DNA of 64,000 bases from NCBI GenBank assembly GCA_951406725.2, contig OX597819.1:83824001-83888000 (forward strand), given 5' to 3'. The stretch comes from Octopus vulgaris. Taxonomy: Eukaryota. This document shows positions 62,722 to 64,000 of this stretch, piece after piece (the stretch's first letter is position 1; the number at the start of each line of letters is the position of its first letter). Below the pieces are notes generated by a model, which saw nothing but the letters and a program-made list of their open reading frames with translations, had not been told where the DNA came from and ran no database searches. The translations under genes were made by a program, and so were the position numbers.

Positions 62722-64000
62722 ACACTTCTGGGTCATCTTTATCTGCTGCTGATATATTCGGGGTTTTTTTTTTTGTTCTTTATTGATACTATGTTTCTAT
62801 AAGAGATGCTTTCTCTAGACGAATACTGCAGTTCAGCTGGCTTTCAACAATATATCTGCTTTAAGTATGACATACAGATTGCTATTTTGAACTAATACTG
62901 CTACCGTCGTTAATAACGAATAAATAATTATTAAACTTATTGCTCCTTGATTTCATAACCGCTGCCTTTTCAGAATGGCAGGAAAATCACAATTCCCGTT
63001 TCTCTTTTAAAATAATTGAAGACAAACCAATATTGAACGTCCACTGAGTCTGATTCAATACAGTCACAGAGTAAACGTATTATGGTATCTATTTTCGTCT
63101 CCACTGATTTTGAATTCAAATCCCGTTCGGTCAAATTTACCTTTTATAACTACTTCAGTGAAATAATACCTGTATTATACTATTTCAATTCAGTTCCTAC
63201 CAAAATTGGCTCTCTACCAAAAAATAGTGAAGGCGCTTGGTTCTGTAGTTAGAATGTCCTGTGCATGAAAATAAGGTCGTGGGTTCAATGCCTGGACTGG
63301 ATGACCAGCTGTGTCCTTGCGCAAGGCACTTCGTTTCATGTTGCTAAGTCAGTTCAGCTGCAGGTGAATACCAACCAGATGCTGTTGCAACTCTTTCTCT
63401 CTCTTTCTTTCCTACCCTCTGTCCCTCTCACTCCCTTGTGCCTGATAAAGAATTAGCAGTGTCGAGACATCCGAGCCGGCATGATGACGGTTTCAACTCT
63501 CTTCAGTCTTATAGTGTCTTGGGTCGCGCTTCGAATTAAACTCTCTCTATAGCTGTTCTAACGGCTGCATATTCATTCGAGGATATTGAAGAAGAGGATT
63601 TGACACAACACCAGTATATTTGCTTAATATGTCAAAACCAGCCCAAGTGTTAAACTCTGAACAGACATCTTCCTTGCATGTCACATTATGCTATTTCCAT
63701 CTCACTTGTTCCATTAATTGTAATGCATGAACATCCTTTCATATTAATGCAAAGCTGTAAATTATGTTCAAATGCTTACGCAGTGTTGGGAAATTACTAC
63801 AAGAAATTTTCTGTTAACTTGGTTTAATATAGAAACAACACGTTAGCCTAAACAATATCTAAGCATCCATCAAACCCTGTTATAATACCATGGATTTCTT
63901 AACCACACCAAAATAGCTGCATATTCAATTTCGTCAACCTGCCCCCAAACTATGGTGAACAGCGAATCCATATTAACAAATCTCAATGGACCTAAACAAA

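Overview
Repeat-dense, AT-rich eukaryotic non-coding DNA. The SINE families and the very dense (TA)n/(CA)n/(TACA)n microsatellites suggest an Octopus genome; this is inferred from recalled repeat sequences, not from a search. No intact host protein-coding gene is visible. Most ORFs in the track are microsatellite or repeat read-through. The window holds four tRNA-derived SINE families, a decayed CR1-superfamily LINE (~28.7-31.0 kb), fragments of RLE-type retrotransposons (HERO-like, R4/Dong-like), Helitron/Helentron-like elements, MITEs and hAT/mariner remnants. The standout is a 4.27-kb head-to-tail array at 38318-42588 of ~11.9 near-identical 360-bp units inserted in a (TA)n tract. Each unit carries a predicted type I hammerhead ribozyme with a non-canonical core (CCGAUGA; U10.1/U11.1), a palindromic minimal stem III (ACCAUGGU) and a built-in antisense segment able to sequester both halves of the core. 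This fits a recently integrated retrozyme-like multimer of a self-cleaving, circularisable RNA. Several dispersed, degenerate Penelope-type minimal hammerheads also occur. Folds were derived by eye and ribozyme activity is untested. Boundaries of old repeats are approximate.
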